Source: Candidatus Sulfomarinibacteraceae bacterium (GTDB taxonomy: Bacteria > Acidobacteriota > Thermoanaerobaculia > Thermoanaerobaculales > Sulfomarinibacteraceae). From it: 64,000 nt of DNA. Below, piece by piece: positions 7,786 to 17,085 of this stretch (positions are counted from its first letter, which is position 1; each line of letters begins with the position of its first letter). A model generated the notes under the pieces. The model did not search any database, was not told where the DNA came from, and was given only the letters and a program-made list of their open reading frames with translations. Made by a program: the position numbers and the translations under genes. The stretch spans positions 112,758 through 176,757 of the forward strand of contig CAVTEP010000004.1 of NCBI GenBank assembly GCA_963733915.1. The letters are read 5' to 3'.

Positions 7786-10299
7786 TCATGCCGGAAGCAG
7801 GTTGCGGCGGCGCAGCAAACGGACCGCCGCGCGATGCCAGGTAGTGGAGACCCGGTACATCTCGTTGTCGAGAGTGATGGCCCCGAGTTCGAGTAATCGA
7901 TCGAGGTGGATGAAACACTGGACGCGGTCAAACCGGGTGACCTCGACGAGATCGTCGAGGCAGATACTCTCGTGGGTGACGATGGCGCCAAGGACGAAGA
8001 GACCGTCCTGTCCCCCGTCCTCGAGCAATTCGACCTCAGGTGCCTTGAAGAGCCGCACGCGTACGCTGGACCCGCTGTCGGGGTCGAGCGAGCGCAGGAA
8101 AAAGTGCAGGGCCGCGCGAGGGTTTCCGTCCGAATAGTCCCACAGCAGGCGGGTGTAGCCCTCTTCGGACTCGACGACACTCGCGCGTACCGACACCCCT
8201 TCGAGCCGGTCGATCACGAGATCGGCGTAATTGAAGCGGACCCCACTTGCCGCGCACCGGGTGCGGATGAGCTCGGCGATCTGGCTGTCGCTCCAACCGG
8301 TGAGGTGGCGGCGTGTACGGAACACCCTCGCATCTGATCGTACCGCCGTCAGATGACGCCACGCGTAGGCACTCATGCTGCACAGCCAGAACACGTTGTT
8401 GCACGTGCGGTTGACGAGTGTCGCGAAGCCGCTGAAGGCCTCGTAGCCGCCGACGTTGGCGAGAAAGAGGTGTTGGGCCATGTCGAGCACGACGACACGC
8501 TTTGGTCCGTTGTACAGCGCGCGTCCGAGCTCGCGCGGTCCCGCATCGGGCCCAGCATCAACTTCCAAGAGCTCTGCGAGGCGAGTGCAGAGATCGGACG
8601 AGTCCGTCACCCGCCGGCCGAGCGTGATGCTTTGGATGTCGAGGTCGTCGCGCCGGATTTGATTGAGCCAGGTGGTCTTGCCGATGCCGCGTTCGCCGGT
8701 CAAGAGGTAGGAGCCTCGCGCTCCGGTGTCACGCCAGACCGTCAGGATCTCGTGCAGCTCGGTCAATCCCGGAAAGTTGGGCACCACCAACGGCCCGGCC
8801 TCGATGGCGTCTTCACCAAATGCCTCAATGAGTCCATCGGGCAGCTCTTCGACATCGCCCTCGGCGTAGCCCTGCTTTTCGGCCCGTCGCTGTACACGCC
8901 GTCTGAAGAGAAAAGCGAGAGCCTTCTGGGTCTGCTCGAAGCCGAGCGCGAACTCGCGGGTCACCGTTGCGGCCCCTCGACCCGCGAGCCACACAACGGC
9001 GGCGGGTGCGAGAAACACCCCGTACCAGCGCGACCTCGTCGTGCGCAGGATCGCCGCCAGCCGGCCCGTCGGTTGCATCTTCAAAAATGTGTCGATCATC
9101 ACACTGCGCCAGCGGAAGAGCTCGACGAGCACCGCGACCAAGACCACCACCCACGCGAACTTCATGACCAGGGTCGAGAGAAACCCCTGGCCCATGCCGC
9201 GCGACACCAGGGTGATCAGGATCAGGATCGTGGCAACGCGGAGGACCGTGCGAACACTGTGCAGCAGCGTCGCCCGGCGTGCGTCGGTCGCGTCGAGACC
9301 GTAGTGCACGGCGATGTTGACGAGCGTGGTTGCGAGGACATCGGTGGCGAGGCGGTAGACGCCGAAAACGATGAGTAATTTGAGCAGGACGCTGATCTCG
9401 GTGAACTCGGCGGCCGCGCCCAGCGCCCACTTGACGGCCGCGACGGTCATCAGGAACAGCGCCCACGGGGCGGCGGTCTCGCACCACCTGAACACCCGCT
9501 GCACCCTCCTTTTGGAGGCCACGCTGGCGAGCGAGCGGAAGGCCGCCGTCCGCAGTTGCTGGATCCACCCGCGCCACCTTTGGCGCACCCACAAGGCGGT
9601 GGCGAGCACCGCGATCACCAGGACCAGTTGCGAGAGGGCGGTGCCGACAGCAAAGAGATCGTGGGCCATCTGCGGCACGTCGTCAATCTCTTGCTGCCTC
9701 AGAAGGACGTGGTAGCGAGCCATGAGCGACACCGTGCGGACCTCGCGCCGTGCCTGCTGCAGACCTTCACGGCCGAAGCTGACCAGGGCACGGCGGCGGT
9801 CCTCCGAAAACGAGTCGCGCGACCGCTTCCGCAGCAGGACCAGGCGTTTCAACGCCTCGCCGTGCAGCTCGACCTCCTGCCAGCGAACGGCGGACTCATC
9901 GGCCGTAGGCGCCGAGTGGAACCGCGCGAGCGCGTCGGCAAGAGCCGTCTGTTCATCCTCGAGGGCAGTCACGAGGTCGACATCGATCTCATCGACCGCC
10001 ACGGTCCCGGGCGCGGCCGCCTGGAGGCGATCGGTGAACCCCTGAATTCGTCGGTCGATGGCCGTGCGCCTGGCCTCCAGGTCCAAGGCCGTTCTTTCGC
10101 CGTTTTCGCGTCCCGTGTCGGCGATTGGATTGCTGATTGGGGCAATCTCGGATTCGGATTCAACCGGGGCGGGGCTCGGAAGTGGCGTAGGAGCCGCAAC
10201 CGCCGTCGGCGTCGGCTCGTTAGGAGCCGCGGTCGGCACGAGACCGGCCGTCACCAGTGCGAGTACGGTGATTTGGATGACGGGTGCGATTCGGTGCAT
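7786..10299 (-). CDS. Multi-pass membrane protein with N-terminal signal peptide/coiled-coil region and C-terminal P-loop AAA-type ATPase domain
   Basis: 837 aa. Signal peptide, Pro/Ala-rich linker, long charged helical region, about 7-8 hydrophobic segments, then Walker A GERGIGKTT and Walker B VVVLDMAQ. Its stop is 7 nt upstream of the MscS start. Confidence 0.7.
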   Translation of the reverse strand: MHRIAPVIQITVLALVTAGLVPTAAPNEPTPTAVAAPTPLPSPAPVESESEIAPISNPIADTGRENGERTALDLEARRTAIDRRIQGFTDRLQAAAPGTVAVDEIDVDLVTALEDEQTALADALARFHSAPTADESAVRWQEVELHGEALKRLVLLRKRSRDSFSEDRRRALVSFGREGLQQARREVRTVSLMARYHVLLRQQEIDDVPQMAHDLFAVGTALSQLVLVIAVLATALWVRQRWRGWIQQLRTAAFRSLASVASKRRVQRVFRWCETAAPWALFLMTVAAVKWALGAAAEFTEISVLLKLLIVFGVYRLATDVLATTLVNIAVHYGLDATDARRATLLHSVRTVLRVATILILITLVSRGMGQGFLSTLVMKFAWVVVLVAVLVELFRWRSVMIDTFLKMQPTGRLAAILRTTRSRWYGVFLAPAAVVWLAGRGAATVTREFALGFEQTQKALAFLFRRRVQRRAEKQGYAEGDVEELPDGLIEAFGEDAIEAGPLVVPNFPGLTELHEILTVWRDTGARGSYLLTGERGIGKTTWLNQIRRDDLDIQSITLGRRVTDSSDLCTRLAELLEVDAGPDAGPRELGRALYNGPKRVVVLDMAQHLFLANVGGYEAFSGFATLVNRTCNNVFWLCSMSAYAWRHLTAVRSDARVFRTRRHLTGWSDSQIAELIRTRCAASGVRFNYADLVIDRLEGVSVRASVVESEEGYTRLLWDYSDGNPRAALHFFLRSLDPDSGSSVRVRLFKAPEVELLEDGGQDGLFVLGAIVTHESICLDDLVEVTRFDRVQCFIHLDRLLELGAITLDNEMYRVSTTWHRAAVRLLRRRNLLPA

Positions 10300-10455
10300 A
10301 AATGTTTGTCTTTCGGGCTCGAGATCATAGCAGGGATTGGTTGTGGTTCAATACGATGGATCTTCCACTTCACCACTGAAGTCTCCAGCCCGCTCGATTC
10401 CACTGCTAATATCGGTGCAGCCCAGCAAACATTCGGATCCGATGGGAGTTTCAGG

Positions 10456-11643
10456 GTGACACGCCGACGGATCAACCTCGCAACATTGCTCATCGCCACC
10501 GTGTCACTCGTCATCGGCTGCCAACCACCGATCACACAGACCTCCAGCACCGAGGTGGCCCTGCAGACGCTCGTCGACCGGGCCGTGGCCGACCACGAGC
10601 TCGTCCACGCCGCCGCCCTCCACGTCGATTCGCCCGCATCCGGTCTCGTCTGGGAGGGCGCCGCCGGAGCGGCCGACCCCGATACCGGTTCGGTGATGAC
10701 CGCCGCCACCCCGGTCCGGATCGCGAGCAACACCAAGACCTTTATCGCGGCCACAATCCTCCGTCTGGCGGAGGAGGGACGGCTCGGCCTCGACGACCCG
10801 ATCACAGCGCACCTGCCTGAAAACCAGGTCGGTCTGCTCCGGGCGGATGGCTACGATCCCGAGAAAATGACCGTCCGCCACCTCCTCACGCACACCAGTG
10901 GTCTTTACGATCACTCGCAGGGGGATCGCTACGGGGAGGAGATTCTGGCCGACCCCAACCACCGGTGGACCCGCGACGAGCAGCTCACGGCGGCGGTCGA
11001 GTGGGGTGAACCTCAGGCCTCGCCGGGCGAGGTCTACACCTACTGCGATACCGGCTACATCCTGTTGGGCGAGATCGTCGAACAGGTCGCGGGCCGGCCG
11101 ATGGCCGCCGCGGTGCGCGAGATCATCGGCTTTGACCGGCTCGGGATGAACTCGACCTGGTGGGAAACCCTCGAGCCGGCGCCGCGAGGCACGCCCGAGC
11201 GCGCGCACCAGTATTTTGGCGAGGTCGACACCACCGGCTTCGACCCCTCCTTCGACCTCTACGGTGGCGGCGGCCTTGTCTCCACGGTCGGTGATCTGGC
11301 CCGCTTCTACCGCGCCCTTTTCAACGGCGGTGTGTTCGCCAGTCCTGACGCCGCGGCCTCGATGCTGACCACCATCGACGGCGTGCGGGCGCTGCCCGAT
11401 GCGGGCGAAACCGACCTGCCGCCGGGCGCCTACCGGATGGGGGTGTGGGTGGTCGAGGTCGAGGGTCTGAGTACGTACCGCCATACCGGTTTCTGGGGCA
11501 CTCTCGCGACCTACGTTCCCGAGCTCGACCTCACGGTGACCGCGACCGTCAACCAGAACCAGGGCCGGGCGGCGCTCGAAGGGATGGTTCGCGAGGCGAT
11601 CGAGATCATGCGCTCACAGCACGTTGTGGGTGATCCAGTCTGA
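10456..11643 (+). CDS. Serine hydrolase, beta-lactamase/transpeptidase-like family, lipoprotein
   Basis: GTG 10456 after GGGAG. Lipobox LVIGC, SxxK motif (SNTK), HLLTHTSGL. The upstream part of track ORF 9556-11643 is an antisense shadow of the 7786-10299 gene. Confidence 0.8.
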   Translation: MTRRRINLATLLIATVSLVIGCQPPITQTSSTEVALQTLVDRAVADHELVHAAALHVDSPASGLVWEGAAGAADPDTGSVMTAATPVRIASNTKTFIAATILRLAEEGRLGLDDPITAHLPENQVGLLRADGYDPEKMTVRHLLTHTSGLYDHSQGDRYGEEILADPNHRWTRDEQLTAAVEWGEPQASPGEVYTYCDTGYILLGEIVEQVAGRPMAAAVREIIGFDRLGMNSTWWETLEPAPRGTPERAHQYFGEVDTTGFDPSFDLYGGGGLVSTVGDLARFYRALFNGGVFASPDAAASMLTTIDGVRALPDAGETDLPPGAYRMGVWVVEVEGLSTYRHTGFWGTLATYVPELDLTVTATVNQNQGRAALEGMVREAIEIMRSQHVVGDPV

Positions 11644-12411
11644 GGTCTCCTCGATCGAGCGGTTGGTGACGTCGACGGTGTGGATCGCGGGGATACGCGA
11701 GTAGATACTGTCTGCGTAATCGATCTCGGCGAAGATGTGTGACCGGTTCGAATAGCCGGGGATCCTCGCGCTGTGGCGGCTCGCCCGGTCGGAGCGCAGC
11801 TTGACCTGGCGATCGAGCTCCATCCGGAACCCGACCTTCGGCACCGACAGCTCCGTGACCTCGTCGGGAAGCGGCACGTCGAGGATGATCGGGATGTTGG
11901 CCACCTTGAGCTTGCGGCACGAGAGGAAGATGCTGGTGGGCGTCTTGCCCGTACGCGATACCCCGAGAATGATCAAATCCGCTTGATGAAGGGTTTCGAT
12001 TCCGGCGCCGTCGTCGTGTCGCAGCGTGTAGTGAATGGCCTCGGTCACGAGGTAGGTCTCCTCGCTCTGGCTGCGGAATACTCCCGGGGTCCGGCTCGGC
12101 GCCGATTCGAGGACCTTCGAGAAGATATCCATCAACGGGCTCATCACGTCCACCACCGTCAGGTCCTTGGCGCGACCGTGGCGAATCATCGCGTCGGCGA
12201 GCTCACGCGACACGAAGGTGAAGACGATGATGCAGGCGCCCGCCGGCGCCTCTGCGACGACCTCCTCGACCTGGGCCTCGGTGCGGACGAATGGAAAACG
12301 CCGGATGTTGGACTCGGCGCCGCCGAATTGGACCAGGGTCGAGGTCACGACCGCCTCGGAGGTGGCGCCGGTAGCGTCGGACACGATAAAGATATTGAGC
12401 GGCTGTGCCAT
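11614..12411 (-). CDS. ppsR: Pyruvate,phosphate dikinase / PEP synthase regulatory protein (bifunctional kinase-pyrophosphorylase)
   Basis: IFIVSDATGATSE N-terminus and GVSRTGKTPTS P-loop. Start ATG is the complement of 12409-12411. Confidence 0.85.
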   Translation of the reverse strand: MAQPLNIFIVSDATGATSEAVVTSTLVQFGGAESNIRRFPFVRTEAQVEEVVAEAPAGACIIVFTFVSRELADAMIRHGRAKDLTVVDVMSPLMDIFSKVLESAPSRTPGVFRSQSEETYLVTEAIHYTLRHDDGAGIETLHQADLIILGVSRTGKTPTSIFLSCRKLKVANIPIILDVPLPDEVTELSVPKVGFRMELDRQVKLRSDRASRHSARIPGYSNRSHIFAEIDYADSIYSRIPAIHTVDVTNRSIEETSDWITHNVL

Positions 12412-12445
12412 GGTCGGCGGCTCCCGGCCGGAAGGGGACTGACGG

Positions 12446-13390
12446 CTACTCCTCCCAAGCCTCCCACAGCATCTTCTTGAGAGTGCGGGCGACGGCGTCG
12501 AGGAGGTGGGCGTCATTGTCGGTGAGGTTTCTGGCCGAAATGGTCAGCTCGGGTGTGATCCGCGCCCGGTGCCAGCTCTCGGTGGTGCCGCGATTGCGGC
12601 GTGGGACATTGAGCACCCGTTGGAGTCGGGCGAGCGACCAACCCAGCCTCTCCTGCGGATCGATGGCATCGAATCCGTTGTGCCCGCCTGCCTCGCCACC
12701 CACGTCCGCGGAGGCCGGTGGATTGTCGGGTTTCGCCTGCTCGTACCTGAGCGGGCGTGGAACCACCTCCGGGTCGTCGGGCTCCTGTGCGGCGGGTTTG
12801 GGGGTGACGGAGGGAGTATCGGCCATGTGTTGTACCTCGTTGGGATCAGTCAGCGAATCGCCGAATGTCATCTCGTCCGGGTCGTCGATCACGACCTCGT
12901 AAAATTCGCCGGATGCCTCGGGGTCAAAGGCGGGCTGCACGATCGGCACGTGCATCGTGTCCAGGGCTTCGATCGTTCTGACGGCCGAACCGTTCGACCC
13001 GTTCCCGCCGGTGTTATCCGAATGTACCGGTTCCGCCCTGGCCGGCACCGGTCCGTCGCCCGCCACGGGCTCGGGGGAAGCGCCGACGTCGACCACCGGC
13101 AGCGGCTCTTCACCCTTGACCATGTCCGCGATCGTCTCCGGGCGTACGCGCTCGAGGATGTCGCGAATGTCTTTGAGGCTCAGGTTACCGACCTCTCCGT
13201 GGTCCTGTTTTTCCCGGATCATCTTCACGAACAACAGCCGATCGAGAAAAGTCTGCGGGTATCGGGTGCGCGGCCCCCGCCGGCCGACTTTTGGCAGCAG
13301 CCGTTTCTGGACGTAATAGGCGATGGTCCGCCGGTCAAAACCGCTCCGATTTTCGACTTCTTCCATGGTGTAGGTGCGGGTGATGGGCAT
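12446..13390 (-). CDS. MerR-type HTH domain protein with long low-complexity acidic/proline-rich middle region
   Basis: N-terminus YTMEEVENRSGFDRRTIAYYVQKRLLP looks like a MerR-family HTH; the rest is unrecognised. Confidence 0.55.
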   Translation of the reverse strand: MPITRTYTMEEVENRSGFDRRTIAYYVQKRLLPKVGRRGPRTRYPQTFLDRLLFVKMIREKQDHGEVGNLSLKDIRDILERVRPETIADMVKGEEPLPVVDVGASPEPVAGDGPVPARAEPVHSDNTGGNGSNGSAVRTIEALDTMHVPIVQPAFDPEASGEFYEVVIDDPDEMTFGDSLTDPNEVQHMADTPSVTPKPAAQEPDDPEVVPRPLRYEQAKPDNPPASADVGGEAGGHNGFDAIDPQERLGWSLARLQRVLNVPRRNRGTTESWHRARITPELTISARNLTDNDAHLLDAVARTLKKMLWEAWEE

Positions 13391-13396
13391 GTATCA

Positions 13397-13426
13397 AAAA
13401 TACCAATTGTGCACAACTTCTGTCAA
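13397..13426 (-). promoter_or_regulatory. Promoter TTGACA-18-TATTTT ending 6 nt before the ATG (leaderless architecture)
   Basis: Minus-strand reading of 13391-13426; no Shine-Dalgarno between the -10 and the ATG at 13390. Confidence 0.45.
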
Positions 13427-13548
13427 TAACTGTTGAAAAATCAAACAACTGTCATTGGGCTGGCAACAGCTGTCGAAAGCGGCCTGCGGCCCTTGATTTG
13501 AGGGCTAAGATCTTCGGTCCGTTCGGCTTGCGCGACCTGCGGGCGAGT

Positions 13549-14217
13549 TCAGCCCTCTTCCGTCCCCGAGTAGCGCTTCGCCATGTCGCGGACGACGTGC
13601 ACCGCGACGCCGACGTGGTGCCAGCGGTCCGCTTCGTATGGCACCGGCGGGTAATTGCGGTTGGAGGCGATCAGCAGCAGGTCCTTTTTGTCGCGCACCA
13701 GACGGCGCGCCATCGGCTCGCCGTCGAGATAGCCGACGACGATCCGGCCCGGCTTGGCCTCGAGCCTGGAATCGATGATCAGGTGGTCGCCCGGATACCA
13801 GTCGGGGATCATGATTTCCTCTTCCGCCCTCACCAGCAGGTAACGACCCGAGATCGGCGGCAAACGGAAGACCTTGACCAGCACCGACTCCCGGTGGACC
13901 CGAAGCTCGGCGGTCGGGGTATCGATGCCCGACGGATCGCCTGGTCTGCCGGAGTAGTACCGGATGGAAAAAAAGCTTTCGTCTCCACCCGCGAGAGAAG
14001 CGCACAGGTCTGGAAAGAGGGCGCACGGCGATTGGCCGAGGGCCTCGAGGAGCCGCTCGATCTGCAACCAGCTCGGGCTCACGTCTTCACGTTCATACTT
14101 CGACAGCAGGCTCTGGTCCATGCTCGCGGCATCGGCCAGTTCGGCCTGGGTGACGTCGAGCGATTCGCGGAGGTCCCGCAAGCGTTGTCCAAAACCGAGT
14201 GCGCTGGCTTTTCTCAT
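13549..14217 (-). CDS. XRE-family HTH repressor fused to an S24 (LexA/CI)-like C-terminal domain
   Basis: HTH (FGQRLRDLRESLDVTQAELADAASMDQSLLSKYE) plus an S24-like core (IMIPDWYPGDHLIID ... GRIVVGYLDGEPMARRL). Track ORF starts at GTG 14223; ATG is at 14217. Confidence 0.75.
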   Translation of the reverse strand: MRKASALGFGQRLRDLRESLDVTQAELADAASMDQSLLSKYEREDVSPSWLQIERLLEALGQSPCALFPDLCASLAGGDESFFSIRYYSGRPGDPSGIDTPTAELRVHRESVLVKVFRLPPISGRYLLVRAEEEIMIPDWYPGDHLIIDSRLEAKPGRIVVGYLDGEPMARRLVRDKKDLLLIASNRNYPPVPYEADRWHHVGVAVHVVRDMAKRYSGTEEG

Positions 14218-14297
14218 GCCCACCTCAATTCGTTTGGCTAGATCTTACATCGGATTGGGAGCAGATCGGCGGATGTCGAGAAATTCCTCGTGCTCTC

Positions 14298-14326
14298 TTG
14301 CATGGTTAAAAATTATATGGTACTAT
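14298..14326 (+). promoter_or_regulatory. Sigma70-like promoter TTGCAT-17-TACTAT for the tandem paralogue pair
   Basis: Lies in the AT-rich divergent intergenic region 14224-14380. The downstream ATG 14381 has RBS GGAGGA. Confidence 0.5.
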
Positions 14327-14380
14327 TTGCTCTAGGTGGAAAATCAACAGGTTATTTATAACAATGTGCACGGAGGATCG

Positions 14381-14908
14381 ATGAGCATTTGGTCCGCGTT
14401 CGTCAAATCAATAAATAAAAAAGGCGGCGAGCCCGTCGCCAGGGCCGCAGGCGTCCTCAAGGATGAAGGCGGCTGGTACTACGAGGAGTCGCAGAACTTT
14501 TCGAGCTCGCAAAGCACGGTTCGTGTCGAGCAGCGGCGGCCCGGCAGCTGGGAGGTCCGGAAGTCGTCGTGCGGGATCATGGGCCTTAACGATCGTGATC
14601 GCCGAACCGGGGTGGCACGTTTTTTTGCCGGTACCTACCGGTGGCTGCGGCTCGAACGCGAAGCACGAGGTTCGCTGGCCGGCAATGTCATCAAGATCGT
14701 CGGTACATACCGCGACAAGGCCGGCAAAGAGCATGCAACACTCCTCGGTTTCCTCGACGAGGAGTTGGCCGAGGAGCTCGAAGGGCAGGACGTCCGCAAT
14801 CTGTGGGGTCGGATTCGGTTCATCAAGTTTCCGATCCCCGGCCGCGACTCCAGGTATCTGGTGCGGTTCGATCTGATGGAAAATTCGAGCCCGAGACACA
14901 ACGGGTAA
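14381..14908 (+). CDS. Hypothetical protein, HIRAN-like C-terminal domain (paralogue A)
   Basis: Start moved to ATG 14381 (RBS GGAGGA; N-terminus MSIWSAF parallels MKFWSSIF of paralogue B). Shared motifs GWYYEES, RPGxW, FFAGxxRWLRxERE, IKIxGTY, LGxxxxExA, LWGRIR. Confidence 0.6.
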   Translation: MSIWSAFVKSINKKGGEPVARAAGVLKDEGGWYYEESQNFSSSQSTVRVEQRRPGSWEVRKSSCGIMGLNDRDRRTGVARFFAGTYRWLRLEREARGSLAGNVIKIVGTYRDKAGKEHATLLGFLDEELAEELEGQDVRNLWGRIRFIKFPIPGRDSRYLVRFDLMENSSPRHNG

Positions 14909-14926
14909 TGGCAGACGGAGAGGCCA

Positions 14927-15502
14927 ATGAAATTCTGGTCATCTATCTTTGGTCCCAGGCCCAAGGTGCAGGATTCCCTCGAGATCAGGCCCTCAGGGCT
15001 TCTCATGGATGCCGACGGATGGTACTACGAGGAGTCGCTGGACCCTGATTGTCCGCAGCGATCCATCCGCGTTCAACAGGACCGTCCGGGCGACTGGTAT
15101 GTCCGCAACACCAATTGTCGGATTGCCGAGCTCAACAGCCCCTCTCGCGCCGACGAGGTCCTCGGTTTCTTTGCGGGGTCATTCCGGTGGCTGCGCTTCG
15201 AACGCGAGACGGGCAATGGACGAGGCGACGCCATCAAGATCATCGGCACCTACCTCGATCAGGACGGAGCGACCTGCGAGTCCAACCTGGGCTATGTCGA
15301 GCCGGAAAATGCCGTAGCGCTCGCGGACAAGGACGTCGAGCGCCTGTGGGGACGTATCCGCTGCATCAGACCCCCCGGCCGCGGCCGGCAGCCGACCTTT
15401 TGTCTTCGCTATGATCTCTTGATCGAACTCGACGAGAAGATCTTCGGTGATGACAAGACCGTCGATGCCCGGCCGGACGACTTCCTTCCAGCTGCGCCCT
15501 GA
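14927..15502 (+). CDS. Hypothetical protein, HIRAN-like C-terminal domain (paralogue B)
   Basis: 191 aa, colinear with paralogue A over about 140 aa. RBS GGAGAGG upstream. Confidence 0.65.
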   Translation: MKFWSSIFGPRPKVQDSLEIRPSGLLMDADGWYYEESLDPDCPQRSIRVQQDRPGDWYVRNTNCRIAELNSPSRADEVLGFFAGSFRWLRFERETGNGRGDAIKIIGTYLDQDGATCESNLGYVEPENAVALADKDVERLWGRIRCIRPPGRGRQPTFCLRYDLLIELDEKIFGDDKTVDARPDDFLPAAP

Positions 15503-15519
15503 TTTGTCGTTCCCATCCA

Positions 15520-15652
15520 CACTGTGCCTCGAGATGCCCGCACCACGAATTCTCTCGAAAAACCGAGGGGAAATTGTGGTGCAGCCGTCCCGCCTGCATA
15601 TTTGCCTTTTCATCGATTCGAACTGTGCGCTGAGACGCTTGCACCACAAAGA
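15520..15652. repeat. Three degenerate copies of the GTGCGGGCG-hairpin (REP-like) family
   Basis: GAGATGCCCGCACCACGAA, ATTGTGGTGCAGCCGTCCCGCCTGCA and GTGCGCTGAGACGCTTGCACCACAAAG, compared with the intact copies at 24.1, 43.2, 43.9 and 45.6 kb. Confidence 0.6.
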
Positions 15653-15824
15653 AACGGGTCTGATCTTCGATCCCCGTGATTGAGGATTCATCTCAAAATT
15701 TCAGACCAACTGATTCTAAAATACTGAAAATCCAAACGTTAGGTATTGATGACGGGAATGGGATCGGCCACAATCGGGTTGCTTCGCACGATACTCACGA
15801 CTCGAAGGTGGAGGATCCCGGGAC

Positions 15825-17033
15825 ATGTCGACAACCGAGCCTCGTTTGTGCAGCAAATATCTGAACGCCATGGTTCCGATCACGGTCGCGACGATCGTCA
15901 TGCTGTCGGGTTGTTCACGGTCGGTTGAACCCCCGCCGGCGATCTCGCTGGTGCAGGAATTCTCGGCCGCCGAGGTGTCCGAATCACCGATCCGGCTGCT
16001 CGACTTCCCGGACCTCGAGTGGCGCTTCGACGGCGAGTCCCCGCTCGCCCCGAAGGAGAACGCCGGTGCGACCGTCGGCTGGTCGGCTTTCAACGACATC
16101 ACGGATCTCGGAGTCAACGATGGTCGGCTCGAGGGCCGCGCGGGGGACATGCCGATCCTCATGGTGGACGTTCCAGAGGATGCTTTCCCCAAGGACCGGC
16201 TGTGGGCCGTCGAGCTCAAGCTCCGTATCTCGGCCGGATCGAAGCTCGGCATCGATACCTTTCGTGACGACGAGGTCGACAAGGACGATTTTCTCAAGGA
16301 CCTCGAGGAGACCGGCCAGTCGGCGTACATGATCGATCTCCGACCGGGCGATGACGTCGCGACCTACACGCTGACCGAGAGCAATGCCACCTTTTCCAAG
16401 ATGGAGGCGATCGGCGGCCTCAAGCACATCGCCCTGCGCTTCGTCGATGCTGACGGCGCCGACTTCGCGCTCGAGTCATTCCGCATCATCCCGCGCACCG
16501 AGCACCTCGCCGGAGTGCCGGCAGGGGTCAGCTGGCAGGGCCTTGCAGGCGTCTTTCGCGAAACCCTGGTCGCGCGGGCGCCCGAAAAATTGACCTGGCA
16601 GCAGGATCTCGGCGAGCGGCCGTGGCTCGATCTCGCCATCGGTACACCGGACAACCACCCCATCGTCTTCAGGGCCGAGGTCGCGAGCCCGGGGCGCGAG
16701 ACGATTATCCGCGAGCGCACCATCACCGCCGGCGACCGCTGGGAGCCCTTCGCCGTCGATCTCGAGGAGCTTGCCGGCCGCCAGGTGACTCTGACGCTCT
16801 CGCTCGCCTCCGACGAGGACGGGCACATCGGCTTCTGGGGCGCGCCGGCCATCCGCCATCGCGGCGCCCGGCCCGCGGTGATCCGAGCCGTCCACCGCCC
16901 GCTCAGCGCTCGGCCCGGAAGGCCCACCGCGCGGCGTCATCGTCATCGTCGCCGACACCCTGCGTTCCGATCACCTCGAGGCCTGGGGCTACGAACGGCC
17001 TACTGCGCCGACTCTCGCCGCCCTCGCGACTGA
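15825..17033 (+). CDS. Lipoprotein N-terminal domain of a sulfatase-fold protein; 3' ~150 nt are out of frame (frameshift)
   Basis: Lipobox MLSGC. Sensible sequence runs up to ...DGHIGFWGAPAI, then Arg-rich nonsense. The sulfatase-fold frame opens at 16882. Confidence 0.6.
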   Translation: MSTTEPRLCSKYLNAMVPITVATIVMLSGCSRSVEPPPAISLVQEFSAAEVSESPIRLLDFPDLEWRFDGESPLAPKENAGATVGWSAFNDITDLGVNDGRLEGRAGDMPILMVDVPEDAFPKDRLWAVELKLRISAGSKLGIDTFRDDEVDKDDFLKDLEETGQSAYMIDLRPGDDVATYTLTESNATFSKMEAIGGLKHIALRFVDADGADFALESFRIIPRTEHLAGVPAGVSWQGLAGVFRETLVARAPEKLTWQQDLGERPWLDLAIGTPDNHPIVFRAEVASPGRETIIRERTITAGDRWEPFAVDLEELAGRQVTLTLSLASDEDGHIGFWGAPAIRHRGARPAVIRAVHRPLSARPGRPTARRHRHRRRHPAFRSPRGLGLRTAYCADSRRPRD

Positions 17034-17085
17034 GGGCACCCGCTTCGCCGACAACATCTCTCAGGGCGCGTGGACCAAGATCGCG

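Noticed and set aside
9556-10455. N-terminal 300 aa of the 695-aa ORF 9556-11643
   Set aside because: This part is antisense to the membrane/AAA ATPase gene and looks non-protein-like. The beta-lactamase-family protein starts at GTG 10456, with an RBS and a lipoprotein signal peptide.
12446-15502. Prophage, because of the CI-like XRE/S24 repressor
   Set aside because: No integrase, terminase, capsid, tail or lysis genes and no att-like repeats are nearby. The repressor controls only a two-gene module, so at most it is a relic.
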